Shown here piece by piece: positions 1 to 9,181 of a stretch of DNA of 64,000 bases; positions within the stretch are counted from its first letter, which is position 1; every line of letters starts with the position of its first letter. The notes below the pieces were generated by a model. The model had not been told where the DNA came from, ran no database searches, and saw only the letters and a list, made by a program, of their open reading frames with translations. The DNA lies in the NCBI GenBank assembly GCA_965200315.1, contig OZ241362.1, forward strand, positions 1,696,001-1,760,000, in the 5' to 3' direction. This stretch comes from Candidatus Latescibacterota bacterium. Its GTDB lineage: Bacteria; Latescibacterota; UBA2968; UBA8231. Both the position numbers and the translations under genes were made by a program.

Positions 1-604
1 GGTTCTCGCGGCCCAACAGGGCCTCAATCGACCAGTATTCCTGCGGATTAAACGCCTTGATCTCGCTGTCGCGCTCACAGATTAACCGCACGGCTACGGA
101 CTGCACTCTGCCGGCTGAGAGCCCGGAGTGTATGACCTTCCACAAGAGCGGGCTGATCTCGTAGCCGACTAAGCGGTCGAGTACGCGCCGCGCCTGTTGG
201 GCATCGACCTTGTGTAGATCGAGTGCGCCCGAATGCTCTAGCGACTCGTGTACCGCTTTGGGCGTAATCTCGTTGAAGAGAATTCGCTTGACGCTGTCGT
301 TTTTGTGGGAGATGGCTTGAGCCACGTGCCAGGCAATGGCTTCTCCCTCGCGGTCGGGATCGGTAGCTAAGTAGGTGGTATCGGCGGCTTGGGCTGCTTT
401 GCGGAGGCCGCTGAGGATCTTGCCCTTTCCCCGAATGGTCACATAGCGCGGCTTGAAGCCGGCTTCAACGTCGATACCTAGCTCTTTCGGCGGCAGGTCC
501 CGAACGTGCCCCATACAGGGTTTGACCACAAAGTTTTTGCCTAAAATTTTGTTGATTGTCTTGGCCTTGGCTGGCGACTCGACAACCACCAATGACTTGC
601 CCAT
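1..604 (-). CDS. topA: DNA topoisomerase I, N-terminal part; runs off the window edge
   Basis: Manual translation from ATG 604 gives MGKSLVVVESPAKAKTI, then YLATDPDREGEAIAWH and ARRVLDRLVGY, SAGRVQS. These are type IA topoisomerase TOPRIM motifs. Not in the ORF track because it is truncated. Confidence 0.97.
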   Translation of the reverse strand, partial: MGKSLVVVESPAKAKTINKILGKNFVVKPCMGHVRDLPPKELGIDVEAGFKPRYVTIRGKGKILSGLRKAAQAADTTYLATDPDREGEAIAWHVAQAISHKNDSVKRILFNEITPKAVHESLEHSGALDLHKVDAQQARRVLDRLVGYEISPLLWKVIHSGLSAGRVQSVAVRLICERDSEIKAFNPQEYWSIEALLGREN

Positions 605-764
605 CTGCTCCCTCGGTTGATAGCCCTTAAGACGTAAGTTACGTAATTTCTTGAATATATAGACGCCCCAAAACAACCGCAAGACGCGCTCTTGACAAAC
701 CAGAGCTACCGCCTTTTTGTAACGCGTTTAGTATTGTGCGCTGCATTCTCTAAGGATTTGCACT

Positions 765-1520
765 TTGATTCACCGCAAAAAATCAAGCGAAATAGACCAC
801 ATTGCCGCGAGCTGCGAGATCGTCTTCGCCGTCCAGCAGAAGCTCGAAGCGCTCATCGCGCCCGGCGTCAGCACCCTCGAGCTGGATCAAGTCGCTGAGG
901 CCGAAATCCGCGCCTTAGGAGCGGTGCCCGCCTTCAAGGGATACCACGGCTTCCCCTACTCGATTTGCGCTTCAGTAAACGCCGCAATCGTGCATGGATT
1001 CCCCACCGAAGCTCCACTACAAGAGGGCGACATCGTCAGCATTGACGTGGGTACCTGCCTCGACGGTTACTATGGCGACGGGGCCTTTACCGTCGCAGTC
1101 GGCGCGATCAGCGCACAGGCGCAGCACCTCATCAACGGCACCCTCAACTGCCTCGCACGGGGCATTGACCGAGCGCGATCTGGTGGGCGGCTTTCCGACA
1201 TCTCGCACGCCATCCAGTGCCACGCCGAAAGCCAAGGGCTAGCCGTAGTGCGCGAGTACGGGGGCCACGGCATTGGCCGCGAGCTGCACGAGTCGCCCTA
1301 TATCGAAAATTATGGCTCGCCCGGCAAAGGCCCGCTGCTCAAGCCCGGACATGTATTTTGCATCGAGCCGATTCTCTGCCTAGGCAACCCTCAAATCGAC
1401 CATCTCGACGATTGGACCACCCTCACCTCCGACCGCTCGCTCGCCGCTCATGCCGAGCACACCGTCGTCATTACTGAGGACGGGCCGCGGATTCTGACTC
1501 TGCCCGCCGTGCCGGCATGA
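765..1520 (+). CDS. map: Methionine aminopeptidase type I
   Basis: FKGYHGFP, SVNAAIVHGFP, DIVSIDVG, GHGIG..LHE.P, IEP and AHAEHT motifs. Confidence 0.96.
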   Translation: MIHRKKSSEIDHIAASCEIVFAVQQKLEALIAPGVSTLELDQVAEAEIRALGAVPAFKGYHGFPYSICASVNAAIVHGFPTEAPLQEGDIVSIDVGTCLDGYYGDGAFTVAVGAISAQAQHLINGTLNCLARGIDRARSGGRLSDISHAIQCHAESQGLAVVREYGGHGIGRELHESPYIENYGSPGKGPLLKPGHVFCIEPILCLGNPQIDHLDDWTTLTSDRSLAAHAEHTVVITEDGPRILTLPAVPA

Positions 1521-2272
1521 AGGTCACCTTCCTCGGCACTGGCACCTCTATCGGGGTGCCGCGCATCGGCTGCTACTGCCCAGTTTGCGCCTCGGACGAC
1601 CCGAAAAACAAGCGTTTGCGCTGCGCTTTACACCTAGTACATCAAGGCCGGTCCATTCTCGTTGATGCCGGTCCGGATCTCAGAACTCAAGCCCTGCGCT
1701 ATCAGATCGACCGCGTCGATTGCGTACTGCTGACTCACGGCCACGCCGATCATCTGCACGGCCTCGACGACGTGCGCTCCTATTGCTTTGACCGCGATCA
1801 GCCGCTGCCCTGCTATGCGGACCCGCACACCATTGCACGCATCGAACGAGTCTTCGACTACGCCTTTGACAAAGACGCCCCCAGCGCGACGCCACAGCTA
1901 GCCCTGCGTCCGATTGCCGGGCCGTTCACAGCTTGTGGACTCGCCATCGAGCCGCTCACCATCTATCACGGCCGCTCCCCGGTCCTAGCCTTCCGCATCG
2001 ACAACTTCGCCTACGCCACGGACACTAATTACATCCCAGAGGCGGCAATGGCGCGACTGCGCGGTCTAGAGGTGCTGGTCCTCGACGCACTGCGCCACAA
2101 AGAACATCCCACTCATTTCAACGTCGAGCAGGCGTTGGCCATTGTCGCCGAACTCCAGCCTACTCGCACGTACTTCACGCATATAGCCCACGACCTCGAC
2201 CACCGTCAGACCAATGCCAAACTCCCCCCAAGCGTGCAACTAGCCTACGACGGCTTGGTGTTGGAGTTGTAA
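1517..2272 (+). CDS. MBL-fold metallo-hydrolase (PhnP-like phosphodiesterase)
   Basis: LGTGTS.GVP..GC.C.VC, THGHADHLHGLDD, YATD, HFN and THIAH motifs; ATGA overlap with map. Confidence 0.92.
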   Translation: MKVTFLGTGTSIGVPRIGCYCPVCASDDPKNKRLRCALHLVHQGRSILVDAGPDLRTQALRYQIDRVDCVLLTHGHADHLHGLDDVRSYCFDRDQPLPCYADPHTIARIERVFDYAFDKDAPSATPQLALRPIAGPFTACGLAIEPLTIYHGRSPVLAFRIDNFAYATDTNYIPEAAMARLRGLEVLVLDALRHKEHPTHFNVEQALAIVAELQPTRTYFTHIAHDLDHRQTNAKLPPSVQLAYDGLVLEL

Positions 2273-2312
2273 CAAAAAACGAGGATGCCGCCGGTCTCCC
2301 GACGACATCCTC
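2272..2312 (-). terminator. Rho-independent terminator downstream of nrdJ
   Basis: Minus strand reads GAGGATGTCGTCGG-GAGA-CCGGCGGCATCCTC followed by GTTTTTTG. Confidence 0.8.
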
Positions 2313-2342
2313 GCCTCAAAAAAAGCACAGTCCGGCTTTAGT

Positions 2343-4700
2343 TTAACACTTGGACCAGCCGCAGTGCTTGCACATCAGACAGCTACTCTCATAGGCTACC
2401 GTCGCCCCGCATTCTGGACAGGTCGTTAGCGTCTTTGGCTTGCTGCTTACAGCGAAACTAGGCGGTACGCCCTCGGGAGCAATAGCATCGGGCTGCTTGC
2501 CCGCCTTCCGCTGCAAATAGCGCTCCATCGCCTTGCCAATCGCGTCCGGCGTCGATAGGACGAGCTCGCCGTCTTCCCATACCGGAGTCGGCCCCGAAAT
2601 GCCCTTCAACTCGCTGATGACTTCCTGAGGATCAACCCCCGAGCGCAGCGCGAGCGAAATCAGCCGACTGACGGCTTCGGATTGGGCAGCCGCATTGCCG
2701 CCCGCTTTACCGATGGTGCTAAAGACTTCGCAGACCCCGTATTCGTCTTCGTTGATCGTTACGTAGATCTTGCCCTCGCCGGTGTTGATCCGCTCGGTAA
2801 TACCCGTGGTGACAGCCGGGCGGCGACGGCGGTGCCGAAAGCCATCCGGCCCTAGGGAATCGGGCATTTCCACAGCCGGAGCTTTGGCTTCCTTTTTGTC
2901 GGCTTGGCCCTCGGTCTGCAGGATGCCCTCGCGGCTGCCCTCGCGGTACACCGTCACGCCCTTGAGGCCCTCCTTGTACGCGGTGATGTAGATGTCGGCG
3001 ACCGTCTCTAGCGCGATGTCTTTGGGCAGGTTGATGGTCGAAGAAATGCTGCTGTCGGTGTACTTCTGGATTACTCCCTGCATCTTGACTCGGAAGTAGG
3101 GGTCGATTTCATGGGCTGTCACGACGTAGTCGGGCAGGTCTTCGTCGCCGCCGAAGACGCGTTGGACGAGCGGGTGATAGACCTTGTATTCGCGGAAACT
3201 CTCGCCGTCGTCCTGCTTTACCCGGCGGGTGTAGCTAGTGCAAAAAATTGGCTCAATCCCCGAACTCGTCTGCGCCACAATCGACCCCGTGCCCACCGGC
3301 GGCATGGTAATCAAGGTGCAATTGCGCAGACCGTGCGCGGCAATTTTCTCTTGCAGCACTTGCGGCAGGCTCTGGATGAACTTGCTCTGCTTGACGCCTT
3401 CCCAGTCGAAAAGCGGAAAGGGGGCCTTCTCCCGAGCCAATTCGACGGACATTTCATAGGAGTTGTGGCAGATGGTGGCCATAATGCGGTCAATGATCGA
3501 TAGGGCCTCGTCCGAATCGTACTTGCTCTGCATCAAGACCAGCGCATCGGCCATGCCAGTGATGCCCAAACCCACTCGGCGGTCAGAGGCTACGGCTTCG
3601 CGAATTTTAGGCAAGGCATGATTGTCCACGTTATAATCAATGACATTATCTAAAAAGCGGGTCGCCACGCGGGCGACCCGCCCCAACTCATCGTAGTCGA
3701 GTTCGCCATCGGCACGGACGAAGTTCACCAAATTGAGATTGCCTAGGTTGCAGGCTGTGTACGAGGCCAGTGGCTGTTCGCCGCAGGGATTAGTGCTAGT
3801 GAGTGGATTGGCGTATTCGACATTGTGATGCTCGCGCATCGTATCCCAAAAAATAATCCCCGGCTCGGCGCTGGCGTGGGCATTGGCAGTGATCTTGTCC
3901 CACAATTGGCGCGCCTTGACCGTGCGGAACACTTTGCCACCCCAGCGCAAGTCAAAGTCCAAGTCGGCCAACACAGCCCGCATGAACTCGTGGGTAATCA
4001 GCACGCTGATGTTGGCGTACTGCACTTTGGTGCGATTGGCGTCGTTTTTGATGGTGATGAAATCTTCAATGTCGGGATGATCAACCCGCAAGGTCAGCAT
4101 CAAGGCACCGCGGCGTCCGGCTTGGGAGACGGCATTGGTGCTCTCGGAGAGCAGATTCATAAAGGCGGTGCAACCCGGCGAGGCATCTACCGTAGCGTTG
4201 ACCGGAGCCCCCTGCGGCCTGAGAATCGACAAATCCGTGCCGACACCCCCGCCCGTGCGGTACACCATCGCCGACTCGCTCAGACAGCGATAGATGCCCT
4301 CTAGGCTGTCTTCTTCGATGGGGATGACATAGCAGTTGGACAACGTCGGCTTGCGCCTAGCCTCGTCGCGGCCAGCACCGTGCATGACGCGCCCGCCGGG
4401 GATGAACTTGAAGTCCATCAACAGCGAAAAGAAGCGGTCGTACCAGAGTTGGGGATCCTTCTCCACCGAGGCCATGGCCCGGGCGATGCGATCCCAGATG
4501 TGCAGCGGGCCGGTTTCGCCGGGTGCCAAGTACTTGTTGCGCAAAACGTCAATGGCCAAGTCGTTGTCCCCGTAATAGGTCTCAGCATCAGCGGCACGGG
4601 CCAAGAGAGCGTCATGGCCGTTGCGCTTGAGCCCGCGGTCTTCGAGTTGTGCCAGCATATCTTCAAATCGGTGTGCGAGTGAGAGTTCGGAATCCATCAT
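2343..4700 (-). CDS. nrdJ: Class II adenosylcobalamin-dependent ribonucleotide reductase with C-terminal TSCPD domain and Zn ribbon
   Basis: LSNCYV, GGGVG, RRGALM, TNPCGEQPL, CNLGNLNL, GLGITG, PVGTGS, KGVTVYREGSR and C-terminal CPEC..CKHCGWSKC. Start placed at ATG 4700 after AGGGAGG; ORF track starts at 4727. Confidence 0.95.
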   Translation of the reverse strand: MMDSELSLAHRFEDMLAQLEDRGLKRNGHDALLARAADAETYYGDNDLAIDVLRNKYLAPGETGPLHIWDRIARAMASVEKDPQLWYDRFFSLLMDFKFIPGGRVMHGAGRDEARRKPTLSNCYVIPIEEDSLEGIYRCLSESAMVYRTGGGVGTDLSILRPQGAPVNATVDASPGCTAFMNLLSESTNAVSQAGRRGALMLTLRVDHPDIEDFITIKNDANRTKVQYANISVLITHEFMRAVLADLDFDLRWGGKVFRTVKARQLWDKITANAHASAEPGIIFWDTMREHHNVEYANPLTSTNPCGEQPLASYTACNLGNLNLVNFVRADGELDYDELGRVARVATRFLDNVIDYNVDNHALPKIREAVASDRRVGLGITGMADALVLMQSKYDSDEALSIIDRIMATICHNSYEMSVELAREKAPFPLFDWEGVKQSKFIQSLPQVLQEKIAAHGLRNCTLITMPPVGTGSIVAQTSSGIEPIFCTSYTRRVKQDDGESFREYKVYHPLVQRVFGGDEDLPDYVVTAHEIDPYFRVKMQGVIQKYTDSSISSTINLPKDIALETVADIYITAYKEGLKGVTVYREGSREGILQTEGQADKKEAKAPAVEMPDSLGPDGFRHRRRRPAVTTGITERINTGEGKIYVTINEDEYGVCEVFSTIGKAGGNAAAQSEAVSRLISLALRSGVDPQEVISELKGISGPTPVWEDGELVLSTPDAIGKAMERYLQRKAGKQPDAIAPEGVPPSFAVSSKPKTLTTCPECGATVAYESSCLMCKHCGWSKC

Positions 4701-4815
4701 ACCCTCCCTTGGAGCAAAAAAATCCATGGGGCGAAGTGGAAAACATCGCCAAAAATGAGAACTTAGGTCAACTACTGTTAGGGTTAGTGGAGAGAGTAAA
4801 AAGTGCAGCCCTGAG

Positions 4816-4862
4816 ACACATTATCTCAGGGTATTACACTCGTCTGACACAAGATGTTGTGT
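4816..4862. promoter_or_regulatory. Tandem NrdR boxes upstream of nrdJ
   Basis: ACACAAGATGTTGTGT (4847-4862) closely matches acaCwAtATaTwGtgt. A weaker box, ACACATTATCTCAGGG (4816-4831), starts 31 bp away, the usual NrdR-box spacing. nrdR is adjacent. Confidence 0.85.
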
Positions 4863-4870
4863 CGGGGCCT

Positions 4871-4899
4871 AAAGTAGAGAAGGGGCTCACATTTGTCAA
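4871..4899 (-). promoter_or_regulatory. Sigma70-type promoter for nrdJ
   Basis: Minus strand TTGACA (4899-4894), 17 bp, TACTTT (4876-4871), immediately upstream of the strong NrdR box. Confidence 0.7.
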
Positions 4900-4967
4900 G
4901 TACAACAAGTTCCAGAACAATTTCTTTTCAATCCGGTTAGGATGCGCTAAAAAAATAGTTCTGGCCT

Positions 4968-5420
4968 TTAATTATTGGCCAATTGCTCCAGTTCGCGCAT
5001 GAAATCGCTCTTGTCCTTGAACTGGCGATAGACCGAGGCAAAGCGCACATACGCCACCTCGTTAAGCTGACGCAGATGCTCTATGACTCGCTCGCCGATC
5101 TGCTTGGAGGGAATTTCCTTCACGTTGAGACTGCCCACTTCGGCCTCGACCAGATCGACGAGCTGCTCGATCTCCTCGGCCGAAACGGTCGTCTTGTAAC
5201 AGGCTATCTGTATCTTGTCGAGCAGTTTGCTGCGATCAAAAGGCTCGCGGCGACCGTCGGCCTTGATAACGGATAGAGGCACGTTTTCAATGTATTCATA
5301 GGTTGTAAAGCGCTTGGCACAGCTTATGCACTCGCGGCGCCGGCGAATCGCCATACCTTCGCGGCACGACCGAGAATCCACCACCCGATCTTCTTCACAA
5401 TTGCAATAGGGACACCGCAT
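4968..5420 (-). CDS. nrdR: Transcriptional repressor NrdR
   Basis: MRCPYC...VVDSR...IRRRREC..C.KRFTTYE Zn ribbon, ATP-cone, VAYVRFASVYRQF. Confidence 0.98.
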   Translation of the reverse strand: MRCPYCNCEEDRVVDSRSCREGMAIRRRRECISCAKRFTTYEYIENVPLSVIKADGRREPFDRSKLLDKIQIACYKTTVSAEEIEQLVDLVEAEVGSLNVKEIPSKQIGERVIEHLRQLNEVAYVRFASVYRQFKDKSDFMRELEQLANN

Positions 5421-5489
5421 AGACTTATCCTCCTGAGCGTACGGTGGACGGCGTTTGTGCAGGGAAGAAAGGGAAGGAAAGTACTACTA

Positions 5490-5519
5490 AATATAAGAAA
5501 AAATAGGAGGATATAGCAA
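5490..5519 (-). promoter_or_regulatory. Putative promoter for nrdR
   Basis: Minus strand TTGCTA, 18 bp, TATATT in the AT-rich tonB-nrdR gap. Confidence 0.45.
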
Positions 5520-5522
5520 CCG

Positions 5523-6179
5523 TCAGTTGAGCCTGAAGACGAAGGGCAAGCTAACCCAGACCTTGACGGGCCTGTCGTTTTGCATCGCCGGTGTAAACTC
5601 CGACTGGAGAGCGGCAGTTTTGGCGACCTCGTGGAACACCTTGGGACCCGTGACCTCGCCGATCTGCTCGACCTTGCCGTCTTTGCCCACTAGCGCCGTG
5701 ACAAACACCTTGCCGGTGATGTTGGCCTTCTGAGCGGTAGCTGGATACTCCGGCTTTACTTTTTTGATGAGTTTGGGCTTCTTCTCGACCCGCCACAATT
5801 CGACGATCTCTTCTTCCTCCTCCAACTCGACTTCCTCAACCACTTCCTCCTCTAATGGCGGCGGCGGTGCCAGATCGTCGAGACCGAACTCAAGCTCGGT
5901 GTCCTCAATAGTCACGTCATCCGGGACATCCGGGCTGTCGGTAGGCACGGGCACGACTGGTCGGGCCGGCGGTGGAGGCCGGCGTTCCTGTTTGGTCTCG
6001 GGAATTTCTTCGAGTTGAATGACAATAGGCTCTTCGGATTTGGCATAGGCTTCCGGCTCGAAGCTGGGGAAGAGGACAAAGAGGGCCGCATGCACGAGGG
6101 TAGAAAGACCCGTGCAGGCCCACAACGTCTTCCGGTACGTCAGCCGCAGGTTGGCTTCAGGCTGTTTGCCGCGAATCAT
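5523..6179 (-). CDS. tonB: Energy transducer TonB
   Basis: N-terminal TM helix with S..VH, Pro/Glu-rich linker, C-terminal YP..A....ITGKV...FTPA...PV.VWV..PF.F. Confidence 0.9.
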   Translation of the reverse strand: MIRGKQPEANLRLTYRKTLWACTGLSTLVHAALFVLFPSFEPEAYAKSEEPIVIQLEEIPETKQERRPPPPARPVVPVPTDSPDVPDDVTIEDTELEFGLDDLAPPPPLEEEVVEEVELEEEEEIVELWRVEKKPKLIKKVKPEYPATAQKANITGKVFVTALVGKDGKVEQIGEVTGPKVFHEVAKTAALQSEFTPAMQNDRPVKVWVSLPFVFRLN

Positions 6180-6589
6180 TCGTCCAACTCCCGTTTGGTG
6201 GAGAAATTGACCCGCAGAGCCTCGACCTTGCGCAACTCCTCCATGACATCAGAAATCACCCCGAACTCGGAATCCTTATCGCCCCGCAATGAGATGATCA
6301 ACCGAGGATTGACCGTCAGGTGCCTATGCACCAGCTTGCCCACTTCGGCAAGCGGGATGTTCCGGTCCTCGATATTGACGACTCCCTCGCTACTGACCCA
6401 AACCTGCAACACGCTGCGGCGGCTTTCGAGCTTCTCGATTTTTTCGGCCTGTGGCAACTCCACCGGCACACCCCGATAGCGCACGAAAACCGTCGAGACC
6501 ATGAAAAACACGAGGAGCAAGAAGGATATATCAGCCATGGAGGCCGTGGGAATGGCACTAACTACTTTGGCTTTGCGTGCGAATTTCAT
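6176..6589 (-). CDS. exbD: Biopolymer transporter ExbD
   Basis: IPTASMADISFLLLVFFMV TM segment; LRGDKD...VMEELR. Confidence 0.92.
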   Translation of the reverse strand: MKFARKAKVVSAIPTASMADISFLLLVFFMVSTVFVRYRGVPVELPQAEKIEKLESRRSVLQVWVSSEGVVNIEDRNIPLAEVGKLVHRHLTVNPRLIISLRGDKDSEFGVISDVMEELRKVEALRVNFSTKRELDE

Positions 6590-6592
6590 CGA

Positions 6593-7006
6593 CTATTCTT
6601 CCGGGTTGGCAATCGAGATTTTGGTGGCCCCGGCCAGTTTGAGCTCGTCTAGCACATCGACGAAGGTCCGATAGGTGGATCCGCGCTCGGTCTTGAGCGA
6701 GACGATCAAATTCTCGTTTTCTTGCAGACGCCCTTCGATGCGCACCTTGAGCTCGGCAAATGGCACGGGCGTTAGCTGTTCATTCTCAAAAAAAGCAACT
6801 TGGTCGCGGGCATTGATCCACACGTTGAGAATATTCTTTTCTCGTACCTCCTTGGTCTCGCCTACCGGCGGCAAGTGCAATGAAAGGCCCTTGTCTTGGT
6901 TCATGGTGGTCGTGACGAGGAAGAACACGATCAACAAAAAGGCGATATCCGCCATCGAAGCCGTGGGGATTTCCGGGGAAACCCGGCTCTGGCGCCTCCC
7001 AATCAC
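6593..7006 (-). CDS. exbD: Biopolymer transporter ExbD, second paralog
   Basis: EIPTASMADIAFLLIVFFLVTT; FVDVLDELKLAG. Confidence 0.92.
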   Translation of the reverse strand: MIGRRQSRVSPEIPTASMADIAFLLIVFFLVTTTMNQDKGLSLHLPPVGETKEVREKNILNVWINARDQVAFFENEQLTPVPFAELKVRIEGRLQENENLIVSLKTERGSTYRTFVDVLDELKLAGATKISIANPEE

Positions 7007-7008
7007 GT

Positions 7009-7626
7009 CTAGGCTCCTTGATGCTCTCGTGCGGCCAATAGGTCGATAAAGTTGGCCGTCTGCTCGGTCATATCGGCGATAATTTTATCGATGCGATTGG
7101 CGCAGAAATTGTAGCAAAACTGGATCAGGATGCCCACGATCAAACCCGAGGCTGTGGTGATTAGAGCCTCGGAAATACCACCCGCGACCATGGAAGGCTC
7201 GACATCGCCGGCTTCCTTAATCGCCTGAAAGGCATTGATCATACCGCTGACCGTGCCTAAAAAACCTATCATCGGTGCCAAGTTGGCCACTGTCGAGAGC
7301 CAGACCATGCCGCGCTCGAGAAAGGCCATCTCCACTGCGCCGGAATTGTCAATGGCTTTCTCGACGTGGTCGATGCCGCGATCTAGGCGCAGGAGCCCTG
7401 CGTGGATGACCGAGGCAACCGGACCACGCGTATTCGAGCAAAGTTCGGCCGCTGCGTCGGGGCCTCCGCTTTCGAGTACCTCTTCAAGGTTCGTGAAGAA
7501 ATTCGCCGCATCGATCGACGACCGCGACAGATTGAACAGGCGCTCAATAGCTACGGCAATGCCGATGATGAGCAGAATGAGCAGGGGCCACATGGCCCAT
7601 CCACCGTCGTAAAAAAGCTCTACCAT
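7009..7626 (-). CDS. exbB: MotA/TolQ/ExbB proton channel
   Basis: GGWAMWPL, APMIGFLGTVSGMINAF, VAGGISEALITTASGL. Confidence 0.94.
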   Translation of the reverse strand: MVELFYDGGWAMWPLLILLIIGIAVAIERLFNLSRSSIDAANFFTNLEEVLESGGPDAAAELCSNTRGPVASVIHAGLLRLDRGIDHVEKAIDNSGAVEMAFLERGMVWLSTVANLAPMIGFLGTVSGMINAFQAIKEAGDVEPSMVAGGISEALITTASGLIVGILIQFCYNFCANRIDKIIADMTEQTANFIDLLAAREHQGA

Positions 7627-7680
7627 TTTTCCCCCTCGCGATTGTAATGTTAGTCCCGGTCCAACAGACCAGAGCGGTAT

Positions 7681-8835
7681 TTAGTTTTGCTCCTCTTGAG
7701 CCTCTTCGCCACCGAAGAACTGCCGCTTGAGCTTTTCTTCCTCGGTCTCGGGCGGCCGGAGCTGCCAGATGCGCTGTTGGGCCACCTTTTCCCAAGCCGG
7801 ATCGGCTTTGGCTTTCTCAAAAGCGGCGATGGCCCCTTCCTCGTCGCCCTCCCTCACCAGATTGTCGCCTTTGAGTAGCAGCAGGTGGGCATCCTTGGGA
7901 TTCACCTTCAGCCCCCGCCCTAGCCACGCTTTTACCGAGGCGAACTCGCTACGGCCTTGGTGCCATTCCACTAGCTCAGCTATGCTCTTCAAATCCTTGG
8001 GATCGGCCTTGACCATGCCCTTGAGGCCCTTGAAGCGCATGGCGTCGTCGTCCTCTTCAGAGGCAATTGATGCGATGCGGTTGTAATAGGAATAAGCGTT
8101 TTGTGAATCCACCTTCGCCAGTTGCAACAGCGTGTCGTAAGCCCCTTCGACATCGCCGACCTCTAGCTTCAGTTCGACGATGCTCTCCAATTGGTCAGCT
8201 CCGTCCGTCCCTTCCTCGACTTGGCGTTTGCGCCATTCAAGAGCCTGCTCCACCTGCCCCAACTCTTGATGCAATAACGCAAGTATTTCAAATAGATCGG
8301 CATCTTCACTACCGTCCGCGACCAACTGTTCGTAGTGGGCGACAGCCCGTTCATTGTGCCCCCCGCGGCGATAGAGGTCGGCCAACTCGCGGCGGTACTT
8401 AGCTTCGTCCGGCTTTTTGATCAGTACGCGCTCCAAACTCCAAGCAGCCGAATCGGGCAAGTCCATGGCTTTATGTATCGAATAGAGCAACAGGTTGGAA
8501 TTCAGATGCAGCGAGTCGATACTGATCGCTTGGCGCAGTGCGGTACGTGCTTGGGGTAGTGCTATGCGAACGCCAGTGGAATCCTTTTTTTCGTAGTAGA
8601 GCTGCCCCAAGAAGTAGGCGGCCTTCAAGTCTTGGGGACTATATTGCAAAAGAGTCGTATAATAGCCTATGGCCCTGTCGTACTCTTTGTTTTGGCGGGC
8701 CGTTTTGGCGTAATATTTGTACTTGCGGATTGAATCGGCTATTGCAATTTCCTCGGCTTCAGCCTCGGCACCCAAAATTAAGGCACAGATCACTAATCCT
8801 AGAGTACGCATCAAATTACATTGCACGATGAACAA
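7681..8835 (-). CDS. Secreted tetratricopeptide-repeat protein; start may be 8826 or 8811
   Basis: Signal-like N-terminus and repeated TPR helices (YDRAIGYY, A.YFLGQLY, AIAAFEKA); first gene of the exbBDD-tonB unit. Confidence 0.8.
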   Translation of the reverse strand: MFIVQCNLMRTLGLVICALILGAEAEAEEIAIADSIRKYKYYAKTARQNKEYDRAIGYYTTLLQYSPQDLKAAYFLGQLYYEKKDSTGVRIALPQARTALRQAISIDSLHLNSNLLLYSIHKAMDLPDSAAWSLERVLIKKPDEAKYRRELADLYRRGGHNERAVAHYEQLVADGSEDADLFEILALLHQELGQVEQALEWRKRQVEEGTDGADQLESIVELKLEVGDVEGAYDTLLQLAKVDSQNAYSYYNRIASIASEEDDDAMRFKGLKGMVKADPKDLKSIAELVEWHQGRSEFASVKAWLGRGLKVNPKDAHLLLLKGDNLVREGDEEGAIAAFEKAKADPAWEKVAQQRIWQLRPPETEEEKLKRQFFGGEEAQEEQN

Positions 8836-8893
8836 TCCTCGATATGGCTACGGTCTTCAAGCCGCGACAATTCGCAGATTTATATTGGTCATT

Positions 8894-9079
8894 AGCTTAA
8901 TGCAGCCTTCGTAGAGCTGTCAAGATATAGATTTGCTGTTTGGGATGCAACTTCAAAGGCCACCTAATGCTAATATATAAATAACAAACCCGCCATTACA
9001 TTTTTACAGCGACTGCGTTACGTTTTTGCGGCCCGTCTCGCATCTGTAGATTGACAAGTATTTATTTTTAATACACTTT
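8894..9079. promoter_or_regulatory. Divergent promoter region for the TPR-exbB operon and accD
   Basis: Minus strand TTGACA (8923-8918), 18 bp, TAAGCT. Plus strand TTGACA (9051-9056) followed by an AT-rich spacer and a TACACT/CACTTT-like -10. Confidence 0.5.
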
Positions 9080-9181
9080 ATTCACTGTTTATCAACACGA
9101 CGAATAGCGCGTTTATCCGAACTAGCGCCACGTTCACTTCTGCCGGACTCGAGCGGCAGGGCTAATCTGAGAGGAGCAGCC

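Noticed and set aside
632-644. Palindrome ACGTAAGTTACGT between topA and map
   Set aside because: It is a single short palindrome with no recognisable regulator consensus and could be chance.
2343-4700. Intein or intron in nrdJ
   Set aside because: The catalytic motifs are contiguous, the length is normal, and there are no splicing or homing-endonuclease motifs.
4968-8835. TonB-ExbBD dedicated to B12 uptake for NrdJ
   Set aside because: There is no receptor or riboswitch, and nrdR and nrdJ appear to have their own promoters, so adjacency alone is weak evidence.
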